In this document: piece by piece, positions 11,069 through 23,900 of the stretch
How positions within the stretch are numbered: the first letter of the stretch is position 1
How the letters are laid out: each line of letters begins with the position of its first letter
Assembly (NCBI GenBank): GCA_905178155.1
Contig: CAJINV010000019.1
Location: 914,913 to 978,912, forward strand
Source of the DNA: Amoebophrya sp. A120
Lineage: Eukaryota; Protista; Dinoflagellata
Length of the DNA: 64,000 bases
Direction of reading: 5' to 3'
Notes under the pieces: model-generated
The model's input: the letters and a program-made list of their open reading frames with translations, nothing else
What the model was told of the DNA's origin: nothing
Database searches by the model: none
Translations under genes and position numbers: made by a program

Positions 11069-13097
11069 CGTGATAGATGGTGCTACAGCTTATTTCATTC
11101 ATCTAGTGTAATTGTTTCACTTGAAAGACAGTACGAAAAACCAAGACCAACTTGATGAACTCGGAAAAGAAGATGCGGCAAAGGCAAGAATGCACTTCCG
11201 TGACATTGGTAGTAGAAAACTGCTTGTAGAAGCGAATACAACGACGGGCGTTCTCGCGCCAACATCTAGCCCTGACGCCACTCTCCTATTGTTCGTCACA
11301 GCTATTGAATTGCTCGCACGCCCCCTGCTCTCCGCCTAGGTTCATTCAACTGCTCGCTCACGGATCACAAACAGAACCAACGAGCACAAAGCTCATGCCA
11401 GACGACGTGACATGCTGTGTGTGTGCGGTGGCTCACATCCAGCAATCAATCCGCGCAGTCGGCGTTCGCCATCGTCACTGCGCTTCATCTTTGTACCACT
11501 TCTCCTGTGCGCACAGATCAAGCTGGTGTCGGCTGCCCCGTCAGGCAGCGCGCGAACACAAGTCAGTCAGTGGCGCGCGCAGCGGCAAGCATTCAACGGC
11601 CCCGCGCAAACGCCTACGCTGGCCTGCAGGGCTTGCAGGCCGCCTCGGTCGCTCCTACGACGCCCGGCGCGAATCAATCGGGGCGAGGGGATGGCAACAA
11701 ACACAATCAAACCCAGACAAGGGGCAGCGCCACACACGGCAATCAAAGGGGGGCGCAAGGGCCCAGCCGCCCCACCCGACACCCGGGGGCATCGCACGGG
11801 CGGCCGGCGGCAATCGCCGCGGCCGCCCCTCAATCCAGCGGGCCGCCCGATCCAGGGTGGGATATGGGCGACCCGGCGGGGGGGGCGCCGAAATCGCCGC
11901 CCCTTACGATGGGCCGGGCGCCCGCTGTTGTTTCCAATCAGGAACGGCCCGGCCGGGGCGCAAAATAAGAGGGCGCGGGTGCGGCACTGATCAAAGTCGG
12001 CTGATCAAAAGCACACTGCAGCGGCCGGGGCATGCGGCATCGCGTGCAAAACCCCCCTGCGAAGCTGCCTCGCGCGCGCGAGCGAATCGCCCCGCGGCCT
12101 GACTGCGCGCCCTCGCGTAGTACGCTAGACCCCAGCGCCAGCCCCCGGAGAAACAGCGCCCGCGTGCCCGGCCGGCGACGAACCGCCACGCCGCGGCTGC
12201 CCTATGTACTAGGTGCGTAACCAGGCCGCAGAGGCCCCGCCACCTCGCGAACAAAAGCGTCACCGCTTACAACTACGACGAAGCCATCTTCCGGGCAGTC
12301 TTATTCCGAACACGCTCAAAAACTCCGCACCTACTATTTTTTGATCTCAGACTTAAAAACGAATCAATTCGCGACAATTTTGAGTCGTCATTCACAGTCT
12401 TTGCGCCATCGTTGCTCCTCAGTTAAATCATACAGTTCCGGAGCCATCAGAAAACTTCGTCTCTCTTTCTAGTTTTTTGGCGTGTATTCATCATTCTCAC
12501 CAGTTTCCAGACTCTCGTCGCGACCAAAATGGAGAAGAGACTGGATTCTCTCGCGCGTTTTGGATTCTACCACTCGAGTGTGGAAAAAAGAAGAAGTTTT
12601 CTAAAATCATACAAATGTGGTGCTGGAACGCTAAAAATCTAAAGAATATCATGCCAGAACCAGAAGGTTCTCGAAATTTGAAAAAAAAAATTCCCTGCAG
12701 CAATATATGAGCTTGTTTTTTTTATTCGTACGTTGTACTATCAGGAACAAAATCCGTGTGTCAGCAACACATTTCACGGTCGTTCCCGCCGTATCATGAC
12801 TGCTGCTGCTCGAAACTTTTCCCGGGAGATTATTATACACGACGTCTTGTTGATCTTCATTATCATTCGCCTCGCACACCCCCAAGGCGACATGGACGTT
12901 TCTACTCTTTCCGCCGAAACAGAAAACCGCACAATGGAGGTCTTTATTTTCGCGGGTCCTTAAGAACATCAAAAACTGCAACATCTCCGAAAATGTAGTA
13001 GCTCGTCGATTCCGCCGGGAACTACGAGAACTTTTGTTCATCTGTGCATCTTCCTGGAAACAAAGAAATCTCACCCACTCTTTCATCGTTTTCACCT

Positions 13098-16000
13098 TCA
13101 GTGCTTAGCCGTAGGCAGCTTCAGCCTTTTCGGACTACTCTCCCCGTCACTCCACCTTTCCCCGCTTTGCAACGTTTTTTCAAAGTCTGCCATCTTCCAC
13201 GGTTTACTGCACTTGAAATCGTTGCGGACGGACCTTAACTGCCGGAAAATTTCCTCTTCCTTGGACTCCCCTAACTTTTTCGAAAACTGCTGCACGCGGA
13301 GAAAAGGCGACGTCAATAACTCCTCCTCCTATGCAAGAAAAAAACTGTGTAAGTGTAAGTCTGTGATGCAGAAAATGCAAAATAGTTACACTTGTCATGC
13401 TGGACATGCATCAGAAGCTCTTTTCGTGCGTGTTTTCACGTACTAGCCGCGCATGACAGGCTCTCTCTGTCATGTGAAGCAAATTTGTGATGCTATTCCT
13501 CCAAGAAAGTTACACTAACACAGTTTTTTTCTTGGATACCTCCGCGGTGAAGGGGACTGTGGGGATTTTGTCCTTGCGCAAGTCCACGATTTTCTTGCAC
13601 CGGTCGATCACTGCTTGCCGGCTCTGGTCCGACTTCTCCACCAGCGCGAGAGCGAACTGACACCCGTCCGTGGCGTACTCGTGGGCACAATAGATCAGCG
13701 TGGATTTCGGAATATGGTCCATCAGCCGCTGCTTCAGGGCCCTGCGGTATATTGTTTCTATAAATATTTTCAATTTTTTGAAAGCTCCCCCGCCGGCAAC
13801 CGCAACGCTAACTGCTGGCGTAGCAAGCCGACACAACACCACAAACCGCAATTGCACAGAGGATGTTCTTGACCTCTAGCCAAGTGAGAATTATGATGTG
13901 GGAGATGTTGACTAAATGTAGCAACAAGAAGTAAGATGAACATCTGTGTACAACGATACACGCAAGTTCACCGCAGACGTAGTAAAAGTACCTGTAGCAG
14001 TCCGCTGCGTCGCCCTCAAAGAGCCTGCCGCAGCCCATCGGAAAGACGATGTCACCGGTGAACACGATCCCGTAGGATTTCAAAAAGAACCCGATCTGCC
14101 CTAACGTATGCCCCGGAACGTGGATAATCTCGAAGTCCAGCGGCCCGAGGTTCAAGTGTTCCCCGTGTATGACAGTGCACAACTCCCCCTCCCCCTCATT
14201 TGTATAGCATGACCGGCAATACAAGCATCAGCAAGAATGCCGGTTGCGCATGACAAATTAGCATATGGAGTGTAGTGCCATTTGGGCTGCCAGAACTTGT
14301 CATGCAAACAGTGCCAAGAGGCAAAAAAGGGTGGATTGGGTATTTTGCATGACAAATGAGGGGCTGGGGGGGGGTTGTGCACTGTCATACCGTGCTTGCA
14401 GAGCTCGGAGAAGTCCGACTCTTCCGCGAATTTTTTCAAATTCGGCAGCTCGATCCGCGACGCGTACATCCGCGGCCGGTGGTTATTGTTCGCTTTGAAG
14501 TTGTCCGCCGCAATCTCGTTCCACGCGCCCAGGTGATCCCAGTGCCAGTGGGTGATGAGCACGTCTGTGATGACGGAGCCAAATTCCTCCTTTGCGCGCT
14601 GGCAGTACTCCAGGCCGTGCCCCTGCGGCAAGTCGATGGCGATCACGCGCGCGGCCTGGCTGGTCTGGCTCAAGCGGCGACTATTTGGGCTGTTGATGGT
14701 GCTGCCCGAAGTAGGTTCTTGCTCTGGAACATACAACAAGTACCCGTAGTTGTCACTTAGACACGGGAACTGGATCAACTTCAGCGTCGGATGCGACAGC
14801 TCCTTATCGAATTTCTCCGCAAACTTGTTCGCCTGAGTGTAATGCGGCCGCGGCGACCCCTTCGGCACAGATTTCAGCGGCTCGATGTCCACCCGCTGCA
14901 CTTCCGACCACGTCTGCCGCCCGTTGGACTTGTCCAGAAGCTTTTTGTTTTCCGAAGACGGGCCGGGGATAAGGTTTGATGATGAGTTACCTGCAGTTGC
15001 ACTCGTCGACATCATGGCCGCCGCGGCGGAGGGGCGAACTTTCGGCGAAAAACCACTAGTAGTATTCGAAGGCTTGATAGAAGCCGGCGAACCAGAGTTC
15101 GAGCGGGCGAGAGCAGATGAACCCCCGCCGCCGGAATTCGTGCGCGTCAGTCGGGGCGGCTTGGTGGTGGTCCCTCCAGCAGCTTTTGCCTTATTCTTCC
15201 TTTCCTCCTCGTCCACCTCCATCGTAGTCATCGCCACCGCGTGCGCGTGCACCCCGTGCGAAACAACCCCGTGCCCACTGCCCATCTTGGACTCCAGAAT
15301 TGTCAATTGCACCACCAAGCCGTCCGGATCCCGAACGCAGCGCAACACCGGGTCGAACGTGGGCGAAGTCGAGATCTTGCGAAACTGCGCGGGGGAGACG
15401 CCGATGGAGATGGATTCAAAAGCGGGCTTCTCCGGGCTCAAATCATCCGGGCCGGCGAGCACGGGTGCGTTTCGGTCCATATTCCGCATGTGCTGGATTT
15501 CCAACGTTGTAACGGGTAACTGGTACAACCACTCTCTTTGCGCTTGGATTTTGCTCTCCATAGTACCAATTTTGCTAAAGTCCGGAACTTTTTGCTTCAT
15601 TTCCTCCGTCAAATAGGCAAAGAAATACAGGTCGAAGTTGTACGGCGAAACTTCCTGTTTCTCCAATAAGGTCATGCCCAGCACCTCCGTGTAAAACTTC
15701 ACACACAAATTCGCATCTTTCGTCCGGGTGGTGACTTGCCCGATCACCGGGTCCAGCATGCGCGTTAACGGGTTCCGCGCACGAAGTCCGCTCGACTGCA
15801 GCTTCTCTTCCGCTTTCTCGATCCGTTTCTTTTTCGTGGCAGTGTTCCCTTCGAAACTCGTTTGGAGTAGCTCAATCGGAAAGCCGACCGGATCCGCGAT
15901 GTGCTCCAAGTAGCCGACGTTCAAAAACTGCTCGCCCTTCGCGTTTTTCTTGCCCAAACCGATTATTGTTTGCAAAAACGTCCCCACGACCCCACACTTG

Positions 16001-16581
16001 TCATGCAAAGTGGCATGCCTAAAATGTTTCTCATGCGCAGACACAGTAAAGCCATTTTCTAATGCTATCTGGAAGTTTGTGATGCTGGAATCACGCAAAG
16101 GTAGTCGATTTGTGATGCGTCGCCACTGCCTCAAACAGCACTACACTACGAGTCCAAATTTGTCATGCAAAACAGCCAAAGCCTCTAGGTTTGTGTTGCG
16201 AAATCCCCATCTTGACTCTGGGATGGGGACGCTTTTACTCAGGATACCGGTCCTCAAACAGTCATCGACGTCGTCTACCGCCAGCCCGATCTTCCAGTAC
16301 AGGGGCCGCTGGAAGTTCACTTGCTGCTGGCTACGATCCTTATTCTGGGCGACGACCTGCTTCCCGGGGGGCAAAAACCGGAAGTTGAGCTGCGCGGAAT
16401 GGGGCGAGTTCCGGAAATACAGATTGTCGATCGTTTGGCCGTTCGGAAAGGTCGCCGTTGTCTTCGCGACCATACCGAGCGACTCACTGTAGAACTTTAA
16501 AACCTCGTCGCGAAACTGCCCAGGCACGCGGTAGGTGGCGGCCAGGAGGCGGGACGAGGTCTGGTTCAAAGCTGATTCCAT
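13098..16581 (-). CDS. Glyoxalase I-like plus glyoxalase II fusion, copy B, ~834 aa
   Basis: Paralog of 4235-7344; shares the GT-AG intron (13742-13991) and has three copy-specific introners; spliced length 2505 nt. Confidence 0.88.
13330..13538. mobile_element. Introner family F4, DR CCTCC, copy-B specific
   Basis: TIR tatgcaagaaaaaaactgtgtaagtgtaa; reverse-complement homolog of 39394-39618; empty site near 4775. Confidence 0.92.
14168..14389. mobile_element. Introner family F5, DR CCGTG, copy-B specific
   Basis: Near-perfect TIR tatgacagtgcacaac; reverse-complement homolog of 35009-35224; empty site near 5415. Confidence 0.93.
15964..16246. mobile_element. Introner family F6 (TIR AAAAACGTCCCCA), DR CCGAT/CCGGT, copy-B specific
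   Basis: Empty site ccggt in copy A near 7010; similar to 24529-24813 and 37916-38201. Confidence 0.9.
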
Positions 16582-17205
16582 TTTTTCTTCTTATGTGCGT
16601 GTGGGCGTGGGGGGGGTTAGAAATGATTCTGTAGGCGTTTCTTATTTTTTATGAAGAGAGGAAACTAAGAATTTGGATTTCTTGCGTAACAATGCTAGAA
16701 CAGAATGTTGTGTGTAAGTAGGTCTACTGAATGAAATATTGATGTACGGTCGGAAAAACTTGAAAGAGATCACGACAAATTGCGTACTTCCTTAGCGTTG
16801 CTTCTACTAACTCCGATGAGGATGTGGCACTCAAAAATCAACCTGGGGGCGAAATCAGTAGCAACACCGTCGAGATAATCTTAATCAATACATGATAAAG
16901 TGGGATCAGAATGACTTACTTCTTATCTTCCTAGAAAGATCTTGACATGAACTTGAACAGGCACAGGTAAGGGAAATTGTAGATTAGAATTCTGTGTAGG
17001 AGCACCAACTGTCGACAATTTTGAGACAGTATTTACAATGGCATGCTGGGTCTGAGGTCGGCAAAATTGTTAGGTTCTGCTCACGATACCATTAGCATTA
17101 CCATTTCTTGTTCCATATCGAAAATAAACAGAGGATGCGTGAGATGGTTAAGGTACCGAATAAATTCTGATGGCGTGTGCGTGTCGAAGACAAAATTTAT
17201 CATTA

Positions 17206-17525
17206 TGAAACAGAAAACCGACAGGGTTCTGTGACTGTGGATCGTGCAACGCATGAGAACACCAGGAAGATCACCAGCGACAGACTGCTACGCAGTCTCA
17301 GGAAAAAAGGTTGATCATACTAGCAGAAAAGGCAACAAGCACAAGGCTTGAGCCAAACACAGGCAGCGTTAGTTCATGTAGTCTCATCCGGATGAATAGG
17401 CATTGTATTAGCTAGACCCAGGTAACGAGTACGACCCTAGGTAGACGAGTTAACTATCTCCTTAGCTTTCATACGAGCACAAGCAACCACACGTCACGAA
17501 CCGAAATTCCCTTGTGGAATTAACA
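17206..17525. mobile_element. 320-bp solo-LTR-like insertion (TG...CA ends, 4-bp TSD ATTA)
   Basis: Absent from copy A (attatgagat at 7921); ATTA at 17202-17205 and 17526-17529. Confidence 0.6.
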
Positions 17526-17925
17526 ATTATGAGATGAATGTACTCTCAATACCAAAATGTCGCCTTGAAAATTGGACGATTCTTGTCGCATTTCCAGAAG
17601 AGATCAGATATCTTCGCTCCCCAGCATGATATATTTTCTGCCATATCAATATCAATATCGGATCAAAATGTTGATATAAGCTTCGTCCTGCTTCGCGTCT
17701 ACTTAGCTCGATCTAATTTCAAGGAAAAAATGAACCGAGGTTTGCTAACAAGAAGCGTCCGCATTCTTCATGAAGCTTCAAAAGGGCATGATCGTCCGCA
17801 GAAAGACAATCAGCCGCATCAAGCTCACATAATCTTTGCTTGCGGAATCGATGATCGCACAACGACGTCAGATAACGATAACGAGGACCCAGCGTTCACC
17901 ATATATAATTTTTAGAGGTATAATT

Positions 17926-20900
17926 TTATCCCGGTCCTGCCTTCTGCGCGAACCCATCTCGCGGAATCTCCACGTAAAAGGGTCTGTCCCGCACGCAAAT
18001 GTGACTGATGGCGCACAAATTATCTTCCACCCAATCCTCCGCCATCTCCACCGTGTGTCCCGTCTGCAAGGTCGTTTTCCGCGGATAGAGGTGGTCTGTG
18101 TCGAAATCAACAGCATCCGAAGACGAACTGCTGGACGAGGAGGGTTTTTTGAATCTGCCTGCTCCGACGTCATTCATTTTTATTTTACTGCTGATCTCAC
18201 TTGACGCCGTTATTTTTTTCAGCGTCTTTCCCCCTGGCCAGCGCGGACTGTCTCCGCTACTATCTTCGGAGGATGACAACAAGATCACTTCATTGTCGTC
18301 TTCGGGCGGGAGGAGGAAGCTGTTCTTGTTTCTATTTGCATTTTGAAGATTCATGGAAGACTTTTTCTGCTCGTCCGGTGCTGGTGGTGGTTCTGCCGGA
18401 AATAAATGCTGTGCACCAGCACGCCGTCCAAGATCTGTAGCCCCAACGCCAGCACCACGATTCGCGGCTGCAAACACCTCCACCTGAGAAAAATCTGCCA
18501 CGTCTTTATTCGTCTCGTTCACGACTGTTTCGTTCACGACTTGTTCCTGCTTGATGTCCCCCTCCAGCCCAGTGACGTCGGCTTTGAGGACCCAACCGGA
18601 CTCACTAGCCTGCAAGTCCATGTTGCCCATCACGCTCTCGGTTTGCTTTTTCAGCAACTCGAGCTTGTTATCCCACAGAAGAGAGCAGGCAGGTCATATT
18701 TGTAATGCAAAAATAAATACAGAAAAAAATTTGGGTTGCGTGATATCCTAAACAGCTTGCTATGGGTATGGGGCTGCCCATGATAGATTTTTCTGTGTAT
18801 TTTAATTTGCATCACAAATATGCCTTGCCAGCTTTTTTCTGTGCGATACTTGTCCAGCACATCCTCCTTCGATTGCGGTTCGATCTTCCGCTTTTTTGGT
18901 GAGGGAAGTAGATCATCGTTTTTATTACCACCAGCACGAAGCTCTTTTTCTACTTCACTTGCGTTTTCACTCTTCTCATTCGCGGTCTTGGTCCCACCAC
19001 GTAGAGCTAGAGGTGACGGGCTGTTCCTCCTGCTTTGGTTCTTTATTGGCTCATCTTCTTGACTGAATGGGAGTAGTCTTTCCACGACTGGCTTCTTGTT
19101 CCTCGATGATAGTGGAGCTGCATCCATGATCTCTTTGCTTGTTTGTAGTTTGTCGTCGTGTTGTTCTTCACGATGCAAGCTGGTGCTGCCTCCCACCAGC
19201 AACGACCCTGAAGAAGCTACCGGTTCACTGCTTTTCCGCCTTTTGTTTCTTTTCGACGTCCTTGCGTGGAGGTCGGGATCTGCCACACCAGCACCGATCA
19301 TACACTTGTTATCTTGATAGACGAGCGAAGAAGAGAGAGACGGACCGCCGCCGTTCAACATATTCCCACGACTCTGAAACCCGTTTTTCCGGTACTGCCG
19401 GAACTTTTTCACGAACGTCTCTTCGTGCGCAAAGTCGAAGGTCCCGAGGGCCAGCCACATCGTGTGGCCCTGTTGCATGGCCGCCATCTCGTACACGATT
19501 GACAGGTGCGTCCCGCACTCGGTACACACGTGCCGCTTCCCGTGGTCCGTGGTTCTTTTCAGAATTAACGGGTGGCTCTTGCCCTGAATCACGGACCCGT
19601 TCGAGACGTGGTCTTCTTTGCGCACGTGCTTCCACTTGAACATGCTGTACTGCACCGGCGCCCAGGTCTGAAACGCGCACCCCGACATTCTGCGGCACAT
19701 CGAGCAGTAGCAGTGCTGAATTTCGCTGGGAAACACGTACGCCTCGAACTGACACTTGCCACACAAGCAGCTCCCCGTGAAGGACTCGATGGTGGGGCAG
19801 ATATCGTTGTTGTCTTTGGACGTGCTGGCCTATGGAAGCGTCAGAATCGAAATCCTCAAAGTTGAAATATTTTCTCATGCAGAAATTGCAAGGCATGGAG
19901 TGCCTCTCTTGCAGGGATTGCAAATGAGGCCGATTGTGAGCCTGTTTCGGGTTTGGAATAGAGCTGCTAAAGTAGCATAACAAAAGGCGCCTTCTGTCCC
20001 TAAACAGCATGACAGACTGGTTTTAGACGGTGCCGAAATTTCTCATGCGCCGCTGGGAAATTGGGCTTCCAGCTGGTATCGAATTTATGCATTACAAATC
20101 ATTCCAACTTTGACGATTTCAATCCTGACGCTTCCATATGGCCAAGTTGTTGTTTAATCCTCTTCTGCCGCCGGCCCCGGTAGGTGGTTGTTGCACAAAT
20201 TGATGATGTCTCGAACTTGATGTTGGCGTCCTGTTGTTCATCTGTGTGGTCGGAGCCCCACCTCCACCCCGCTGCCCAAACGACTGCACGATCTCGCTCA
20301 AATTTTTCAAATTTTCTTCCGAGTCAGAACTGGTCAGCGCCAAGTGGTCCGCGGCGTAGAATTTGTGCTGCACGAGTCCGAATTTCTCGAGTCTTTTTTT
20401 CTCCTCCTGCCGGGATTCCCACAGTTGCTTCTCCAGCATCCGGTCATTGATGTCGTCCTGGATCTGAAACATCTTCCAGCTCGGCAAATTCGCGCGCTCG
20501 ATGTGCGCCCAGCAGGCCCGTTGCTCCTGGAACCCGTAGTCGGTGATGTCGAACCTGACCCGCATGTCCTGGTACAGAAACCGGCCCTCCGGCCGAGAGT
20601 CGAGGACCATGCCACCGGAGGTGAAAAAGTTCCAGTAGGAGGCCTCGTTGTTCTGTCCATCTTCGGTACTAGTAGTTCTTGTGATCCTGCAAGCCATGCC
20701 CACGACACTGTAGCAATCCTTGCATAAGATCTTTTTCACCGGGGTCAAAAGTTTGGTGCTGGAGGTTTGGTCGCCGTTGCCAAAAAGTGAAGCAGAAGTT
20801 GTAGCCGATGAATTTTTGGTCGGCACCAACGCAGGAGTAGAAGTAGCTTCCTCGCATTGTATATTAATTGCGGAAGGTGTACTGAAATCCCCCGAGGTCG

Positions 20901-23900
20901 TGCGGGTTTTGATATTCGCCGGCACAACATTTGGAGGTTGCCTGTCGCCTTCTTGTTCGCGCGGTGGTGGTGCAGCTGTAGTACCATTATTCAATGAAGA
21001 AGGCCGGTCCTCAACTTGTTTCTCCTGGTACTCGCATGCCAGTCCTGCGCAGTAGGTTCCTACGTGGAGAAACCGGACTTTGTCGCCCTGCGCTTGATGC
21101 TGCCTGGCACCAGAAGCTGTTCCTGTGTAATTATGATTATGTCCTCGACTACTAGACAGAAAGTTCGAGGTTGGTAATACTAACCCGCCAGGCTGTCCCC
21201 CTCCTGGCCGTGATGTTGATAATGGCGGTGTCCTCAGTAGTTGAGAACGAATCGACATCGACTCGCCCGCAGAACTTCCAGTTTCTTTGTCCGCTGTTGC
21301 CATGGACTGGACAGCACCTCCCGCTCGGCGGCCAGCTTGTCTCTGTTCACTTGTTTGCTTCTCATACGGCTCGGTGTGGTAAAGTTTCATCTGTTCGTCC
21401 GTCAGTCTCGAGTATGGAAAGAAAAAAGTGTTAATACAGTTCTTAAACACTGTGTTGCAGGACAGGCAAGACAGATATACTTCTGTCATGCGCAAAATGC
21501 TTGCACGCCTCGTTTAGAACCTGTTTTCCCTAATGATCTCTGCAGCGCAAGTTTAAGTTTTCCCTGTCATGCAAGGCAACTTTGTGATGCTGAATTCATT
21601 TACAAATGTGTAACTGTATACACTTTTTCTTGGATATTGTGGGGCTCAGGTACAGTGCGTACGCCGCGCCTGCGTGTTTGCGGCAGAACCAGCAGTGGCA
21701 AACGTGCAGTTTCTATCAAATGCAAAAATGTCTGGGTCTGGAAGAGTCAGGGTTTGTCATGTACATTTTGCATGACCCGTGACGTCTGTGATGCAAACCC
21801 TAGCATCACAGCTTTTTCAAGAGCTTTTTGATGCTTACCACGCATAAGAAATGCCCTCTCCGCGTGCCAAGAACTGGACTCCTCTTGCTGCTCATGCAAC
21901 ACAGATATTTTTACAATCCGCAGACAGCATTACAAGTTCCACCCTTCATCCAGACCCAGACATTTTTGCATTTGATAGCTTCGGCTCCACGGCCGCCGTG
22001 TTGAAGCGAATTTTGGTGCACTGGCACTCGCACTGCGCCACGATTTGCTTCGGCACGTCGGGGCTTTTCTCTTGCAGCTTCAGCTGCCGCTTCACCTGCT
22101 CGTCCGTCAGCGTTTCTATTTGGGGCGCGACGGCACGGCTTTTCAGACAATTCTTCGGCTCGCGCTGCTTGAAAAGGTTGGATTTAAGCGGCGGTCGTGC
22201 AGGGGAGGCGGAGAAGACGCTGTCTGTCATCATGCTCGCGTGTTGGTTAGCCGGGTTGAAGGAGTTCTTTGAGTTGTTCAGTCCGAAGGGAACGGTACTA
22301 GCTGCTGCTGGGTTCTTGACGTCGCCGCTGTTGTTTGTCAACTTCGCAAACAGGGACGAGCTGGAGGAAGAAGAGGATGGAGCACCAGGACGAGGATCAA
22401 CACCCGCGGCGGCGGCAACATGTCCCTCTACAACGACGTCTCCTGGTGAGCTGTCGCGCAGCAACCGTGATCGTCCAGCTGTCACTTTCTTGTTGCCCGC
22501 GTCGGAGAAGACGAAGCCCGACCCGTCCGCGAGGTCTTCGAGCTCCACGCTATCCCGATCCAGGCCCGCTGCGACCGCGGCGTCCAGTGCGGATTCTCGT
22601 TATGCATTGCAAATATGTCTGGGTCCGGAACGCTGAAACTTGTCATGCGAATTGGGGATAGTGCCAAAATCTGTGTTGCGTGATTACCAAAAGGTGTCAC
22701 CTCTTGACCAAGTTGAGAGGCAATTTCTCATGCAGGCGAAGCATGATAGAGGTCCTCGCGCAGAATCTGTCATGCTAGGTCATGTATGACAGACCTCGCG
22801 CGTTATGGAAAACCTGCATGACAAGTTTAGACTCTACTTCCAAGCCTAAACCACATATTTGCAGTGCATACTCGCAAAACGCGCACCAACACGTCCTCTT
22901 CCTCCTCTTCGGTCGCGATATGGATTGCAAATATGTCTGGGTCTGGAAGACTGCCAGGTTTGTGATGCATGTTCTGCATCACCCATGAAGCCTGTAATGC
23001 ATGACCTAGCATCACAGATATTTGGAGGGCTTTCTGATGCCTATTCGGCATGAGAAATGCCCCCCCCCGCGTAGGACAAACAAACTGGTCTGGACTCCTC
23101 TTGCTTGTCATGCAATGCAGATTTGTTTAGAATCCAAAGATAGCATCACAAGCTGGATCTTTCCAGACCCAGACATATTATTTGCATTTAATACGCGATC
23201 GGAGGCTGCAACTGCCCGTAGATATAGTTGTCGTTCACGACGTGCTGGTCTTCACCACGTGAAGTTGTGGCGGCATGTAGTTCAACATCTCCCAGCTGAT
23301 TTATTCTGTCCAGATTTTCTATTCCCCCACTGTCAGCAACTACATCGTCCACATTCTCTTCCTCATCCGCGGGAATGACCAGATCGCCGGATTCCAGCTG
23401 CCGCAGGGTTTCCTTTCCGGCCTCGCTCAGCAGATCCCGCCACAGCATACCGCTCAGCGCTGCGACCATTTCGTCGGTCCCGTTGTTCATTTCTAATTCG
23501 ATCTTCTCCGCGACTTCTGGGTCCACCGATTCGCGGATCTCACCCAGAGCGCACACGGCGAGCAGCTATGGGATTCTCAAATGTTACATTCTCAACTGTT
23601 ACATGGATTTCCCATGCAGAACTACCATAAGCCGCCAGATGATCAAGCTAAGTACTTCGCATGACAAATCTCCGAAGGGCCAAACAGCATCTAAATCTGT
23701 GCCGAATCTGTGATGCGAAAGCAGCAAGCTTGCCACCTTGATTCTTGCTGTTCTTGCATTGCAAATTCATGCAACACTTGAGATTGTAACAGCTGAGAAC
23801 GCCATAGCAGCTCCTGCACGGTTTTGTCCTTGTGGGCGAGTTGGTTGCCCAGCTGGGCTTTTTTCTGCGCCTCCGACTGCGCAAAGTCCGCGAGGAATTT

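Larger units (their letters stand above)
8482..17779. repeat. Tandem segmental duplication, copy B
   Basis: Colinear with 1-8160; longer mainly because of copy-specific introners and a 320-bp insertion. Confidence 0.95.
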
